From an uncultured Bacteroidota bacterium (GTDB lineage Bacteria; Bacteroidota; Rhodothermia; Rhodothermales; Rubricoccaceae), in contig CAVUDG010000006.1 of the NCBI GenBank assembly GCA_963740235.1, positions 1-64,000 of the forward strand: a DNA stretch of 64,000 nt. The letters run 5' to 3'. The notes under the pieces are model-generated. The model was given only the letters and a program-made list of their open reading frames with translations, had not been told where the DNA came from and ran no database searches. Position numbers and translations under genes: made by a program. Positions 10,029 through 20,193 of this stretch are shown one piece after another. Every line of letters begins with the position of its first letter. Position 1 is the first letter of the stretch.

Positions 10029-10093
10029 GGGCGGACCCGGGGGGTGGTTGGGGGGTGGTTCTGGCGGGCCGGGGAGCCCGGCTGCTGAGAGGC

Positions 10094-10120
10094 TTATCGA
10101 GACCGCCTGCCGGCCCTTTA
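10094..10120 (-). promoter_or_regulatory. sigma28 (FliA) promoter of fliC: TAAAG-N16-CGATAA
   Basis: Minus strand reads ccggaTAAAGggccggcaggcggtctCGATAAgcc about 65 nt upstream of the fliC ATG (10028). Confidence 0.7.
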
Positions 10121-10693
10121 TCCGGCGCCGTCCTCCCGCCCCGTTTTCTCGTTCGGTGCCGGCGGAGGGAACGCCGCCGTTCCCGCCCGCCCCGCTGGAC
10201 GACCCGCGACTCGTCCCAGCCCGCCTCGGCGCCGCTGTGGGCGTCAGGAAGGCAGGGGGGCAGGCGGCCCCGTCGGGCTCCACCGGAGCGGCCATCGACC
10301 GACGGCCGTGGGGGCTCTGATCGGCGGCATGACATAGGAGGCGCGCTCGGTGCGGGCCCGGTCGATCGCCGCGAGCGAAGCGGCCGGTGTGTGCCGTTCC
10401 ACGGCCGTGGCGACTGCGGGCGGCGTCCTCTCCAGACGCCTCGGCGCTCCGCCCGAATGCGGTGCGGCTCGGGCCGCACACGAGCGCCGCGTGCCCGACC
10501 GGGGCGCTGGACCGTGCGGCGGGCCCAATGCGGACGGGACGCCACGGTCGCCCCACCCGTCTCCGTTCGGTTCCGGTACGGACGCTCGACCGTGGGGAGG
10601 TCCTGAACCGTACGCGTCCCCTTCAGCGTGTGGCGTCTCCATCGATCACCCGGTGACGTCCCGCTGCGTCGACCCGGTCCACCCCGCCCCCCC

Positions 10694-12892
10694 ATGCCGT
10701 CCGGTCTCCATGTCTCTGCCGCCCCCGCCGTCCTCAACGCGGCCCGGCTCCGGGCGCTCTTGTTGACGGCCCTGCTCGACACGCCCCCCGAGGACGAGTT
10801 CGACCGGCTGACCGCGCTCACGGCACGGGTCTCCGGCGCTCCGGTCTCGCTCGTCGCCCTCATCGACGAGGACCGGTCCTACTTCAAGTCGACGTACGGC
10901 GTGCCGGAGGTCCCCCCGGGGCGGTCGGTCCCCTTGTCGCACTCGCTCTGCCAGCACGTCGTCGGGACCGGCGCCCCGGTCGTGATCGATGACGCCCAGA
11001 CGCACCCGCTCGTCAACGACAACGGTGGCGTGACGGACTTCGGCGTCGGGGCCTACCTGGGCGTGCCCGTCCGGGCCCCGTCGGGGCACGTGCTCGGCTC
11101 GCTCTGCGCGATCGAGATGGGGGCCCGGTCGTGGACGGCCGACGACCAGGTGTCGCTCTCGTCGCTCGCGGCCTCCGTCGAGGGCGAGATCGCCCTCCGG
11201 GCCGAGCTGGCGGAGCGCCGGGCGGCCGAGGCGCTGGCCCGGGCGGACGCGGACGCGCTCGAAGCCGTCGTGGGCGTCAACGCCCAGCTCGCGGCCGAGC
11301 TCGACCCCGACCGGCTCGTGCAGGCGGTCGTCGAGGCGGGGGTGGCCACGACCGGCGCGACGTTGGGCGCGTTCTTCTACCAGCCCCCGGGCCGCCGGCC
11401 GGCCGGCGACCCGTTCCAGTTCGCGGCCACGGGTGTGCCCCGGTCCGTCCTCGACTCCTTCGCGGCCTTCGACCACACGCTGGCGTCGGCGGCCTCCTTC
11501 TCGTCGCCCGTCCACTCGGACGACGTCCGGGTGGACGCGACGATGACCTGGGTGGAGAAGCTCGCCGTGGAGGGGGCGCTCGACGTGCGGAGCCTGGCCG
11601 GCGTCCCCGTCACGGACGCCGCGGGGCGGCAGGTGGGGGCGCTGCTCTTTGGCCACCCCGAGCCCGACGTGTTCGGGGCTCGGGCCCGGCGCGGCGCGCT
11701 CGCGATCGCGGACCAGGCCGCGATCGCGCTCCAGAACGCCCGACTCCACCGGGCCCTCGACGAGAGCGAGCGGCGCCACCGGACGGTCCTCGCTGGCCTC
11801 TCGGACGTCGTGTTCCAGACGGATGCGGCTGGCTGCTTCGCCTATCTCAACCAAGCGTGGGCCGACCTGACCGGGCACCCCGTCGAGACGGCCATCGGTC
11901 GGTCGGTCCTCGACTACGTGGCGGGGGACGTGGAAGCGCTCGGGGCCCGGGTCGCCGAGGCGACCCGCCGGGCGACCCCGGGCGACCCGAGCGCCGGCAC
12001 GCTCCACGTCGAGATCGCGTGCGCCGACGGGTCCGTGCGCCACGTCGAGGTCCGCGGGCGGGCCACGTTCGACGCCTACGGGATGGTCAACGGCTCCGCC
12101 GGGACGATCATCGACGTGACGGACACGGTCCGCTACCACTCCGAGCGCGAAGCCCGCGAGGCCGCCCGACGGGCGGCCGACCAGGCCTGCGCCGAGGCCG
12201 AGCGGATGGCCCGGCTCCAGAGCTCGCTCCTGGCCAACATGAGCCACGAGATCCGAACGCCGCTGACGGCCATCCTGGGCTGCGCCGAGGTCTTGGCCGG
12301 GGAGGCCCCGGAAGACCTCCGGGACCTCGCCGTCTCGATCCAGTCGGGCGGGGAGCGGCTGATGGCGACGCTGGGCTCGGTCCTCGACCTCGCCCAGATC
12401 GACGCCGGCCAGATGACGCCCCGCCCCCGGCCCGTCGACGTCACGGGCCGCCTGGCCGCCGTGCTCGACGCCTTCGCCCCCCTCGCCGGCCGGAAGGGGG
12501 TCCGGCTCCACGGCGACCTGGCCGGCGTGCCGCCGGCCGTGCTCGTGGACTCGGGCCTGCTCGACCGGGCCGTGTCGAACCTGGTCGACAACGCCGTCAA
12601 GTTCACCGACGGGGGGGCGGTCACAGTCCGGGCGCGCCACGATCGCGGCCGGCTGACCGTCGAGGTCGAGGACACCGGCATCGGGATCGCTCCCGGGGCG
12701 CAGGCGACCCTGTTCGACCCGTTCCAACAGGTCTCGGATGGCCACGCGCGGACACACGAGGGCAACGGGCTCGGGCTGGCGATCGTCCGCCGCGTCGCGG
12801 AGCTCCTCGGGGGCTCGGTGTCGGTCGAGAGCGTGCCGGGCCGGGGCTCGCGGTTCTGCCTCTCCGTCGCGGCCCCGGCCGCGGCCCGATGA
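10694..12892 (+). CDS. sensor histidine kinase (GAF-GAF-PAS-HisKA-HATPase), intact, inside the flagellar cluster
   Basis: 754-aa ORF 10628..12892. GAF-like N-terminal domains, a PAS region, H-box MSHEIRTPLTAILG, and N/G boxes LVDNAVKFT...GIGIA...GNGLGLAIV. Probable start MPSGLHV. Confidence 0.85.
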   Translation: MPSGLHVSAAPAVLNAARLRALLLTALLDTPPEDEFDRLTALTARVSGAPVSLVALIDEDRSYFKSTYGVPEVPPGRSVPLSHSLCQHVVGTGAPVVIDDAQTHPLVNDNGGVTDFGVGAYLGVPVRAPSGHVLGSLCAIEMGARSWTADDQVSLSSLAASVEGEIALRAELAERRAAEALARADADALEAVVGVNAQLAAELDPDRLVQAVVEAGVATTGATLGAFFYQPPGRRPAGDPFQFAATGVPRSVLDSFAAFDHTLASAASFSSPVHSDDVRVDATMTWVEKLAVEGALDVRSLAGVPVTDAAGRQVGALLFGHPEPDVFGARARRGALAIADQAAIALQNARLHRALDESERRHRTVLAGLSDVVFQTDAAGCFAYLNQAWADLTGHPVETAIGRSVLDYVAGDVEALGARVAEATRRATPGDPSAGTLHVEIACADGSVRHVEVRGRATFDAYGMVNGSAGTIIDVTDTVRYHSEREAREAARRAADQACAEAERMARLQSSLLANMSHEIRTPLTAILGCAEVLAGEAPEDLRDLAVSIQSGGERLMATLGSVLDLAQIDAGQMTPRPRPVDVTGRLAAVLDAFAPLAGRKGVRLHGDLAGVPPAVLVDSGLLDRAVSNLVDNAVKFTDGGAVTVRARHDRGRLTVEVEDTGIGIAPGAQATLFDPFQQVSDGHARTHEGNGLGLAIVRRVAELLGGSVSVESVPGRGSRFCLSVAAPAAAR

Positions 12893-12914
12893 GGGGCGGC
12901 GCTCGGCGGCCGGT

Positions 12915-12965
12915 CCGTCCGCCTCGGCCCCGCGCTGCACCGCCGCGGCTACCGAGGCGGGCCGG
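12915..12965. repeat. REP-like palindrome between convergent HK and flgL (bidirectional terminator candidate)
   Basis: gtccgcctcggcccc...gctaccgaggcgggccgg with a nested smaller inverted repeat in the loop. Confidence 0.65.
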
Positions 12966-12988
12966 GTCGAGCGGCGACGCGCGACCCG

Positions 12989-13876
12989 CTACGGGAGGTA
13001 GGTGAGGAGCGACGTCTGGACCGTCGCCGCCGTCGCCCGCAGGGCCGCCTCCAGGCCCGTCTGGCGCCGCTGCATCTCGCCCAGCACCTCGGCCAGGTCG
13101 ATCTCCTCGATGGACGCCCGCCGCTCCCCGGCCACCAAGTCCTGCGCCTCGATGGCGTCGCGGGCGTGCTGGAGGGTCCGGGCGGTCCCGCCCGTCCGGG
13201 CGCCCAGGCGGACGTAGTGGTCGATGCCGGCCTGAGTCCCGTCGAGCGCCGCCGCGATGGCGTCGTTGTCCTGGGCGCGGACCGCGTCGGCCAGGGCCTG
13301 GAGCCGGTCGGGCGCCGAGACGCCGTCCACCTGGAGGGCGTCGGTGACGTTGAGCGTGACCGTCGTGCCGGGGGCGACCTCGCGGCGTCGGGCCCCGCCG
13401 AAGTCGCCGGGCACGAGCGCGCCGGCGCTGTCGAACGGGGCCGTGTCGGTCTGGGCCCCGGCGAACAGGTGCTCCCCGTTGCTGGTCGCGTTGAGCCGCG
13501 TGACGACCTCGTCGCGGAGCGACTCGATCTGGGCGGCCAGCTCGTCGGGCGACAGGACGCCGTTGGCGGCGCGCAGCCCGACCGTGTGGGCCTCCCCGAA
13601 CAGGTCGGCTACGGCGTCGACCTCGGTCTGGGTCCGGTCCACCCAGAGCTGGGCGGCGTCCAGGCCGCGGCCGTACTGGGCGAGCCGCCCCTGGAGCGCC
13701 CCCAGGATCTTGGCCTGGGAGAACCCCGCCGGGTCGTCGGAGGGCCGCTGGATTCGGTAGCCGGTCGCGAGCTGGCTCGTGAGGGTGTCGACGGCTGCGC
13801 GAGCGGCCGGGAGAGCGCTCCCGGCGTTGCTCTGGGCGACGGCGCGCGTGAGGACGGTCTGGATGGGCCGGGTCAT
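12989..13876 (-). CDS. flgL: flagellar hook-associated protein 3 FlgL
   Basis: 295 aa. RIQRPSDDPAGFSQAKILGAL ... LGEMQRRQTGLEAALRATAATVQTSLLTYLP. Flagellin-like N/C termini, located after flgK. Confidence 0.8.
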   Translation of the reverse strand: MTRPIQTVLTRAVAQSNAGSALPAARAAVDTLTSQLATGYRIQRPSDDPAGFSQAKILGALQGRLAQYGRGLDAAQLWVDRTQTEVDAVADLFGEAHTVGLRAANGVLSPDELAAQIESLRDEVVTRLNATSNGEHLFAGAQTDTAPFDSAGALVPGDFGGARRREVAPGTTVTLNVTDALQVDGVSAPDRLQALADAVRAQDNDAIAAALDGTQAGIDHYVRLGARTGGTARTLQHARDAIEAQDLVAGERRASIEEIDLAEVLGEMQRRQTGLEAALRATAATVQTSLLTYLP

Positions 13877-13919
13877 GGGGGGAGGGGGGACGTCCGGACG
13901 GGGCGGCGGCCGAGTGCGG

Positions 13920-15275
13920 TCAGATCGCGAGGATCGTGTCGAACATCGTGCTCGCGGTCTCGAGCACGCGGGCGGAGGCGGCGTACGTCTGCTGGAATCG
14001 GATGAGGTTGGTCATCTCCTCGTCGAGCGACACCCGCGAGACGCCGTCGCGCAGGGCTTCGGCGTGGGCGGCGACGGCCGCGTTGGCGCCGGCCGCCGCG
14101 GACGCCGTCCGCGCGCGGCTCCCCAGCCCGGACAGCAAGCGGACGGCCGACTCGCTGGTACCCTCGCTGAGCCCGGCGATCGCCGTCGCGACGCCGCTGC
14201 CGCCGGGTCCACCGGTCCCGGCGGCGACGCTCTGGGACGTCAGGCCGGGCGCGAGCGAGATCGAGGCCGCCGTGAGGCCGGCCGGGTCGAAAAAGGGCCG
14301 GCCCGTCGATCCGTCCAGGCCCTCCCCACCGGCGTGGGCCGCGTTGACGGAGGCGACCAGGTCGGCCGCCAGGCCGTCGAGCGCCGCCTGGGCGCCGGGG
14401 AGGGCCGTCCCGAGCAGGTGGAGCTGGGCGCCGAGCGCGCCCCCGCTTAGCCCGTCGAGCCGGAGCGCCCGGTCGGACCCCTGGGCGCGGACGGACGGCT
14501 CGGAGACGGCGGGCGGCAGGGCGAGCCGGAGCGGGAGGGCCTCGTCGTCCTGGACGGCCATCATGCCGCCGAGGGTGACCGTGACCGTCCCGTCGGGCTG
14601 GTCGTGGAGCGAGAACGGGGCGAGCCCCGAGAGCTCGTCGAGCACGAGGTCGCGCCGGTCGAGCGCGTCGAGGTCCTCGGCCCCCCGGGCGCGGGCCGTG
14701 CGGACGGCCACGTTGAGGTCGGCCACCTCGGCGAGCAGCGCGTTGGTGTGGTCCACGGTCGCCCCGAGGTCGGCGCGGACGGTGTCGCCGTAGGCGCGCA
14801 GCCGCTCCGCCGACGTCCGGAGCGTCTGGGTCAGGTGGCCCGCGCGCGACAGGAGCGCGTCGCGGACGCCCAGGTCGGTCGGGGCGTCGGCCACGTCGGA
14901 CCAGCCGTCGAAGAACCCGCTCAGCGCGCCCAGGAAGGCGTCGCCCCCGTCGGACGCGAGCTGGCTCTCGAGCCCCGACAGCAGCAGGGCCCCCTCGTTG
15001 GCGCCGCCGCTCCCGGCCCGGCCCCGCCGCACGGCCGCGTCCAGGATGCCGTTGCGGACGCGGTCGTAGCCGGCGATCTGAACGCCGTCGCCGGGGCTCG
15101 GCCCAGACCGGATCGTCAGGCCGCCCCGTGCGGCCGGCGTGGCCCGCAGGCCCACCGCCCGCCGGGTGTACCCGTCGGACTCGGCGTTGGCGATGTTGAG
15201 GCCGGTCGCGTTGATCGCCGCCTGGCTGGCCAGGAGCGACTGCCGGGCGGTCGAGAACAGGTGGGTCAGGCTCAT
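13920..15275 (-). CDS. flgK: flagellar hook-associated protein 1 FlgK
   Basis: 451 aa. MSLTHLFSTARQSLLASQAAINATGLNIANAESDGYTRR ... MTNLIRFQQTYAASARVLETASTMFDTILAI. Confidence 0.9.
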   Translation of the reverse strand: MSLTHLFSTARQSLLASQAAINATGLNIANAESDGYTRRAVGLRATPAARGGLTIRSGPSPGDGVQIAGYDRVRNGILDAAVRRGRAGSGGANEGALLLSGLESQLASDGGDAFLGALSGFFDGWSDVADAPTDLGVRDALLSRAGHLTQTLRTSAERLRAYGDTVRADLGATVDHTNALLAEVADLNVAVRTARARGAEDLDALDRRDLVLDELSGLAPFSLHDQPDGTVTVTLGGMMAVQDDEALPLRLALPPAVSEPSVRAQGSDRALRLDGLSGGALGAQLHLLGTALPGAQAALDGLAADLVASVNAAHAGGEGLDGSTGRPFFDPAGLTAASISLAPGLTSQSVAAGTGGPGGSGVATAIAGLSEGTSESAVRLLSGLGSRARTASAAAGANAAVAAHAEALRDGVSRVSLDEEMTNLIRFQQTYAASARVLETASTMFDTILAI

Positions 15276-15289
15276 GGGGGCGGGGTGCG

Positions 15290-15721
15290 CTAGCCGGTCT
15301 CGTGGAGGTGCCCGCTCCGGCCCGGCGCGCCAACCGCGCCCTGGGCCGTGTACACGTGGGGCGTCGCGGGCGACGCCATCTGGCGCCAGGCCCCGATCAG
15401 GTCGCGGCCCAGCGCCGTCGCGTGGTGGAGCGCGGCTTCGAGCTCGTCGCAGGCCTGCCGCGCGACTCGGGCGGACGCCTCCAGGGCCGCCCGGGACTCG
15501 GGCGCGGCGGGAACGGCGTCGGGGGCGGCCACCCGGCGTTCTCGGTCCGCCCGGCGGCGGTCGAGGTCCACGACCGCGTCCAGCGTCTGGGCGGCGGCGG
15601 CCTCGAACGTGTCGGGGGTCCCGTCGCGGAGGGCGACGAGTTGGGCACGGGCCGCGTCGGTGAGGGCGGAGAGCGCCTGGCGCTCGGGGGCGAACACGTC
15701 GGCCATGGGGGTGTCGGTCAT
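15290..15721 (-). CDS. putative FlgN-like flagellar chaperone
   Basis: 143-aa acidic helical ORF directly upstream of flgK and overlapping the flgJ' stop. The call is positional. Confidence 0.45.
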   Translation of the reverse strand: MTDTPMADVFAPERQALSALTDAARAQLVALRDGTPDTFEAAAAQTLDAVVDLDRRRADRERRVAAPDAVPAAPESRAALEASARVARQACDELEAALHHATALGRDLIGAWRQMASPATPHVYTAQGAVGAPGRSGHLHETG

Positions 15722-16173
15722 GAGGGGGGGAGATCAGGATCGATGGAATCGGGTGGACCTTGAGCCGGCTGGTAGCGCCGCAGGGCCTCGTCCATCGTCA
15801 TCGGCGGGGCGGCGGGTCTTGGCGGCGGCGCGTGGGCGGCCGGACCCACCTCGGCCCCCGGCAGCCGACCGGTGCGCCCCCACTGCTTCATCAGCAGGTC
15901 CGCGATGCCGAACGTCCCGCTGTCGACCAGGTGCTCGGCCAGCGTGTCCGTCAGCGTGTCCCGCTGGAGGTCGGCCTGGCCGGTGAGCATCCCGCCCTCC
16001 TCGCCCTGGAACAGGTCCTTGGTCATCACGTCGACGAACTGGCGGACGAGGACGGCCTCGAACTGGCGGGCCGCCTCGGCGGGGTCCTGGGCCTCGGGTG
16101 GGCCCTGGGCGCGGCCCGCGGCGCCGGCCGCGCCACCGAGGCGGGACGAGTCGAGGGGGGGGAGGGGGGACAT
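15718..16173 (-). CDS. flgJ: FlgJ-like rod-binding protein (N-terminal rod-binding domain only, no muramidase domain)
   Basis: AARQFEAVLVRQFVDVMTKDLFQGE matches the rod-binding (Rod-binding, PF10135-like) motif. 151 aa. Confidence 0.65.
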   Translation of the reverse strand: MSPLPPLDSSRLGGAAGAAGRAQGPPEAQDPAEAARQFEAVLVRQFVDVMTKDLFQGEEGGMLTGQADLQRDTLTDTLAEHLVDSGTFGIADLLMKQWGRTGRLPGAEVGPAAHAPPPRPAAPPMTMDEALRRYQPAQGPPDSIDPDLPPS

Positions 16174-16185
16174 GGGGCGCGTCGG

Positions 16186-17301
16186 TTAGAGGACGACCAG
16201 CTCGCCCTGGAGCGCGCCGGCCCGGTCGATGGCCTGGAACACGGCGATCACGTCGCGCGCGGCCAGGCCGAGGTCGTTGAGCGCCGCCGCGAGCTCGGCG
16301 ATGGTCGTGTTGGGCTGGAGCACGACCGACCGGGCCGGGGCCTGGTCGATGTCGACGCTGCCGACCGGCACGGCGACCGTCCGGCCGTCCGAGAACGGTT
16401 CGGGCTGGGAGATGGCGGGGTCGACGGCGGTCGAGATCGTGAGCGACCCGTAGGTGATCATGACCTCGGCGATCGAGACCGCGCCGCCGGCCACGACCGT
16501 CCCCGTCCGCTCGTTCACGACGACGCGGGCTGGGACGTCCACCCCGACGCGCAGCCCTTCGAGCGCGGCCATCAGCCCGGCGGGCCCGCCCGCCTCGGCC
16601 GGGACCTCGACTTGGACCAGGCCGGCGTGGACGGCCACGGCGGAGCCGGGGAACGAGGCGTTGACCGCCTCGGAGATCGCTGCGGCGTTCGTGAAGTCGG
16701 GCTCGCGGAGGACCAGCCCGAGCGTCCCGGTCGGCAGCGTCGTCGCCGCGGCCAGGGTCACCAGGCCGCCTCCGGGCACGCGGCCCGTGTTGGTCGGCCC
16801 CGTCCGCGCCGACGTCCCGGCGGCGCTGGCGAGCAGCGTCCCGGTCAGGACGGGCCCCTGGGCCATCGCGTGGACCTCGCCCCCGGCCATCATGTCCTGG
16901 AGCGGCGTCTGGAGCAGGACCCCACCCGAGAGCGAGCGGGCGTCGCCCAACGAGGAGACCGTCACGTCGAGCGCCGAGCCGGCCCCCGCGAACGGGTCGA
17001 GCGTCGCCGTGACCATCACGGCCGCCGCGTTGCGCGAGCCGAGGTACTGGGGGTCGACGGCGATCCCGAACCGCTGGAGCATGTTGGCGATGCTCTGGAC
17101 GGTGTAGGGGGAGCCGGACCGGCCCCGGGCGCGGTCACCCGTCCGGTCCAGGCCGACCACGATCCCGTAGCCGAGCAGCTGGACCGGCGCCGCGCCGGCC
17201 GGCACGACCAGGTCCTTGAGCCGGGCGCTGGCCGCGGGCTGGGCCTGGACGTCGGGCCCGACGGCGAGGGTCACGAGACAAACGAGGAGGAGTCGGCGCA
17301 T
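16186..17301 (-). CDS. flgI: flagellar P-ring protein FlgI
   Basis: 371 aa with signal peptide. VPVQLLGYGIVVGLDRTGD ... SVVLQPNTTIAELAAALNDLGLAARDVIAVFQAIDRAGALQGELVVL. Confidence 0.9.
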   Translation of the reverse strand: MRRLLLVCLVTLAVGPDVQAQPAASARLKDLVVPAGAAPVQLLGYGIVVGLDRTGDRARGRSGSPYTVQSIANMLQRFGIAVDPQYLGSRNAAAVMVTATLDPFAGAGSALDVTVSSLGDARSLSGGVLLQTPLQDMMAGGEVHAMAQGPVLTGTLLASAAGTSARTGPTNTGRVPGGGLVTLAAATTLPTGTLGLVLREPDFTNAAAISEAVNASFPGSAVAVHAGLVQVEVPAEAGGPAGLMAALEGLRVGVDVPARVVVNERTGTVVAGGAVSIAEVMITYGSLTISTAVDPAISQPEPFSDGRTVAVPVGSVDIDQAPARSVVLQPNTTIAELAAALNDLGLAARDVIAVFQAIDRAGALQGELVVL

Positions 17302-17305
17302 GGGG

Positions 17306-17956
17306 TCAGGGGGCCAGGGTGTCGCCGGCGTCGGCAGCGCCGGAGGCGCCCAGCAGGACCGCGCCGATCACGACGGCCGCCGTCCCGACGAGCGCCAGGA
17401 ACCGGCCCCGCAGGAACCGGGGCGCGCCGCTCTCCTGCCGGTAGACCACGTCGGCCCCGGCGATCTGGTAGGACAGGACGGTGTTGGCGGTGCTCACGTC
17501 GGCCGGGCGGACGAGCCCGCGGACGGTCATCAGGTGGACGTCGCCGTCGACGTTGAGCCGGCGCTCGCCCTCGACGGACAGGTTCCCGGCCGGGTCGACC
17601 GCGACCACGCGCGCGGTGATGGTGCCGGCCAGCAGGTCGCTCTGGACCGTCCGGCTGTCGGCGTCGCGTCGCCCGCCGGCGGTCGCGTCGAGCCCGAAGA
17701 AGCCGCCGAGCGACGACGACCCGGCCCCGCCCACCTGGGCGCTCGACTGGGCCGAGCTCTCGGACGACCGCCGCGCCGAGGTCCGCTCGGCCAGGACGAC
17801 CGTCAGCAGGTCGCCGGCTTGGTAGGCGCGGAGGTCTGAGTAGAGCGAGACCGGCCGGCGGGGGGCCGGTTCGGGCGAGGGCGCCGCGGGCTGGGCGAGG
17901 GCGGGCGCGGCGATCCACAAGAGGAGCAGCGTGCGAAACGAGGGGAGGGTCGGCAT
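17306..17956 (-). CDS. flgH: flagellar L-ring lipoprotein FlgH
   Basis: 216 aa. SLYSDLRAYQAGDLLTVVLAERTSA ... GNLSVEGERRLNVDGDVHLMTVRGLVRPADV. Confidence 0.9.
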   Translation of the reverse strand: MPTLPSFRTLLLLWIAAPALAQPAAPSPEPAPRRPVSLYSDLRAYQAGDLLTVVLAERTSARRSSESSAQSSAQVGGAGSSSLGGFFGLDATAGGRRDADSRTVQSDLLAGTITARVVAVDPAGNLSVEGERRLNVDGDVHLMTVRGLVRPADVSTANTVLSYQIAGADVVYRQESGAPRFLRGRFLALVGTAAVVIGAVLLGASGAADAGDTLAP

Positions 17957-17961
17957 GGGAT

Positions 17962-18633
17962 CTAGAGGGTGGCGGTCCAGTCGCCCTCGCCGGGGGCGGT
18001 CAGGGAGACGCGGTAGGTGGCGCGGGTGTCGGAGCAGACGACGCGGATGGCCTCGCCGACGGCCCCGCTCTCGCGAGCCTGGCAGTCGAGCACGACGGTG
18101 ACCCCGCCACGCAGGTACCGGACGCGGACCGGCTCGCCGGAGGCGGAGGCGACCGGGGCCGCCACCACCCGGTCGGTCAGGACGGCGCCGGCCCGGAGCG
18201 TCCGGGTAGCGGTCCAGGCGGTCTTCCAGAGGGCGGCCGGCGAAAGCGCGCCCCGCAGACGGGTCACGTCGACGCGGTCGAGGCGGACCGCGTCGGCCAG
18301 GGGCTCGCCCCGGGCGACGTCGCGGATGAGCACGGCGGCCGTGTCGAACACGGCGACCTCGACGAACGCCCAGCCGGCGGGGACCCAGGCGCCGTCGGAG
18401 TAGGCCTCGACCTCGGCCGAGGCCCGGCCGCGCGGGGCGGCCTCGCGGAACCGGACGCGGAGGGGCGGGCGGGCCGTCGCGGCGTCCCCGCTGAGCCGGA
18501 CGACCCGGACCTCCGCGTCGGCCCAGACGTCGGCGACGGCGGCCCGAGCCGCGGCGGCCACGTCCGCCTCGGTCGCCCGGCCCGCCGAGGCGGACGCGGC
18601 GAGCGCGACGAGCAGGAGGGCCCGCCAGGTCAT
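17962..18633 (-). CDS. flgA: flagellar P-ring assembly chaperone FlgA
   Basis: 223 aa with signal peptide. Located between flgG and flgH. C-terminal SAF-like region GEAIRVVCSDTRATYRVSLTAPGEGDWTATL. Confidence 0.75.
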   Translation of the reverse strand: MTWRALLLVALAASASAGRATEADVAAAARAAVADVWADAEVRVVRLSGDAATARPPLRVRFREAAPRGRASAEVEAYSDGAWVPAGWAFVEVAVFDTAAVLIRDVARGEPLADAVRLDRVDVTRLRGALSPAALWKTAWTATRTLRAGAVLTDRVVAAPVASASGEPVRVRYLRGGVTVVLDCQARESGAVGEAIRVVCSDTRATYRVSLTAPGEGDWTATL

Positions 18634-19412
18634 CGCTTGACCCCGTTGGCGATCTGGAGCATCTCCTCGCCGGCCTGCACCATCTTCGAGTTGAGCTCGT
18701 AGGCCCGCTGGCTCGCGATCAGGTCGACCATCTCCTGGACCACGTCGACGTTCGACGCCTCCAAGAACCCCTGGTGGACCGTCCCCACGCCGTCCTCGCC
18801 CGGGGGCGCCACGACCGGGACCCCGCTCCCCTCGGTCTGGGAGAACAGGTTGCCGCCCAGCGACCGGAGCCCGGCCGGGTTCTGGAACCGGGCCAACTCG
18901 ATCTGGCCGAGCTCGACCGGCTCGGTCTCGCCCGGCAGCAGCGCCCGGACCGTGCCGTCGGCCTGGACCTGGACCTCGAGCGCGTCGGGCGGCACCTCGA
19001 CGCCCGGCTCGACCGTGAACCCGCTCTGGGTCACCAGCAGGCCTTCGGCCGTCAGCGTGAAGGCGCCGTCGCGGGTGTAGGCCCGGGAGCCGTCGGGCAT
19101 CTGGACGGCGAAGAACCCGGACCCGTTGACGGCCAGGTCGAGCGCGTTGCCGGTCTCGCTCAGCCCGCCCTGGGTGAACGTCCCGACGGTGGCCACGGCG
19201 ATCGCGCCGTGGCCCAGCTGGAGGTCGGCCGGCGGGGCGGCCCCGTCCTCGCCGCCGGCCGCGCGGACCCGCTGGTACAGCAGGTCTTGGAACGCCACGC
19301 GCGACCGCTTGAACCCGGTCGTGTTGGCGTTGGCGAGGTTGTTCGCCGTGTTGTCGACGCTCATCTGTTGAGCGCTCATGCCGAGGGCGGCGGTGCGGAG
19401 GGCGCGGAGCAT
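18630..19412 (-). CDS. flgG: flagellar distal rod protein FlgG
   Basis: 260 aa. MLRALRTAALGMSAQQMSVDNTANNLANANTTGFKRSR ... VDVVQEMVDLIASQRAYELNSKMVQAGEEMLQIANGV. Confidence 0.9.
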   Translation of the reverse strand: MLRALRTAALGMSAQQMSVDNTANNLANANTTGFKRSRVAFQDLLYQRVRAAGGEDGAAPPADLQLGHGAIAVATVGTFTQGGLSETGNALDLAVNGSGFFAVQMPDGSRAYTRDGAFTLTAEGLLVTQSGFTVEPGVEVPPDALEVQVQADGTVRALLPGETEPVELGQIELARFQNPAGLRSLGGNLFSQTEGSGVPVVAPPGEDGVGTVHQGFLEASNVDVVQEMVDLIASQRAYELNSKMVQAGEEMLQIANGVKR

Positions 19413-19444
19413 GGCGGGGGGAGGGAGGGGGGAGAGCGGGGTCG

Positions 19445-20164
19445 CTAGAACGTGCCGAGGTCGCGGGTGACCGCGCCGAGCGTGTCGTCGGTGGTCCGGA
19501 GCGCTTTCTGCTGGGACTCGAACAGGCGGACGTGAGCCATCAGGTCGACCATCTCGCCGACGGCGTCGACGTTGGAGCCCTCCAGGAAGCCCTGGCGGAC
19601 GCGGGCCTGGCTGGGCCGGGCCGCGGCGCCGGCCGCGTCGAATGTGGCGCCGTCGAGCCGAGCCAGCTGGCCCGGCGCGTCGACGGTGACGACTTGGACC
19701 TGGCCGATCGGGAGGCCCCCGACCGACACCTCGCCGGCCGTGCTCACGGCGATCTCGCCGCCCGAAGGCGGCAGCGTGAGAGGGGACCCGTCGGCGCGTA
19801 GCAGCGCGTGGCCCTGGGGCGAGCGGACCGTCCCGTCGTCGGCCATCCGGAACTCGCCGGCCCGGGTGTAGCGGGTCCGGCCGTCGGCGCCCTGGACCGC
19901 GAAGAACCCCTCGCCGTCGAGCGCCAGGTCGAGCGTGCCGCCCGTCTCGAGGAGCGCGCCCGGCGCGACGTCGGCCACCTGGCCCGCCTCACGCGTGCTC
20001 TGAGGGGCCCCCTCGATGTCGATCCGCTCGCGGAGCGCGGTCGCGAACGCCTGGTCGCGGCGGTAGCCGACCGTGTTGGCGTTGGCGAGGTTGCCGGCCA
20101 CGCGGTCCTGGCGTTGCGACAGCTCGGCCATCGAGGCGGCGGCGTTTCGGAGGCGGAGGAGCAT
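19445..20164 (-). CDS. flgF: flagellar proximal rod protein FlgF
   Basis: C-terminal 239 aa of ORF 19445..20731. MLLRLRNAAASMAELSQRQDRVAGNLANANTVGYRRDQ ... NVDAVGEMVDLMAHVRLFESQQKALRTTDD. Confidence 0.85.
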   Translation of the reverse strand: MLLRLRNAAASMAELSQRQDRVAGNLANANTVGYRRDQAFATALRERIDIEGAPQSTREAGQVADVAPGALLETGGTLDLALDGEGFFAVQGADGRTRYTRAGEFRMADDGTVRSPQGHALLRADGSPLTLPPSGGEIAVSTAGEVSVGGLPIGQVQVVTVDAPGQLARLDGATFDAAGAAARPSQARVRQGFLEGSNVDAVGEMVDLMAHVRLFESQQKALRTTDDTLGAVTRDLGTF

Positions 20165-20193
20165 GGGGAGGGAGGGCGGTCCCAGACCCCGCC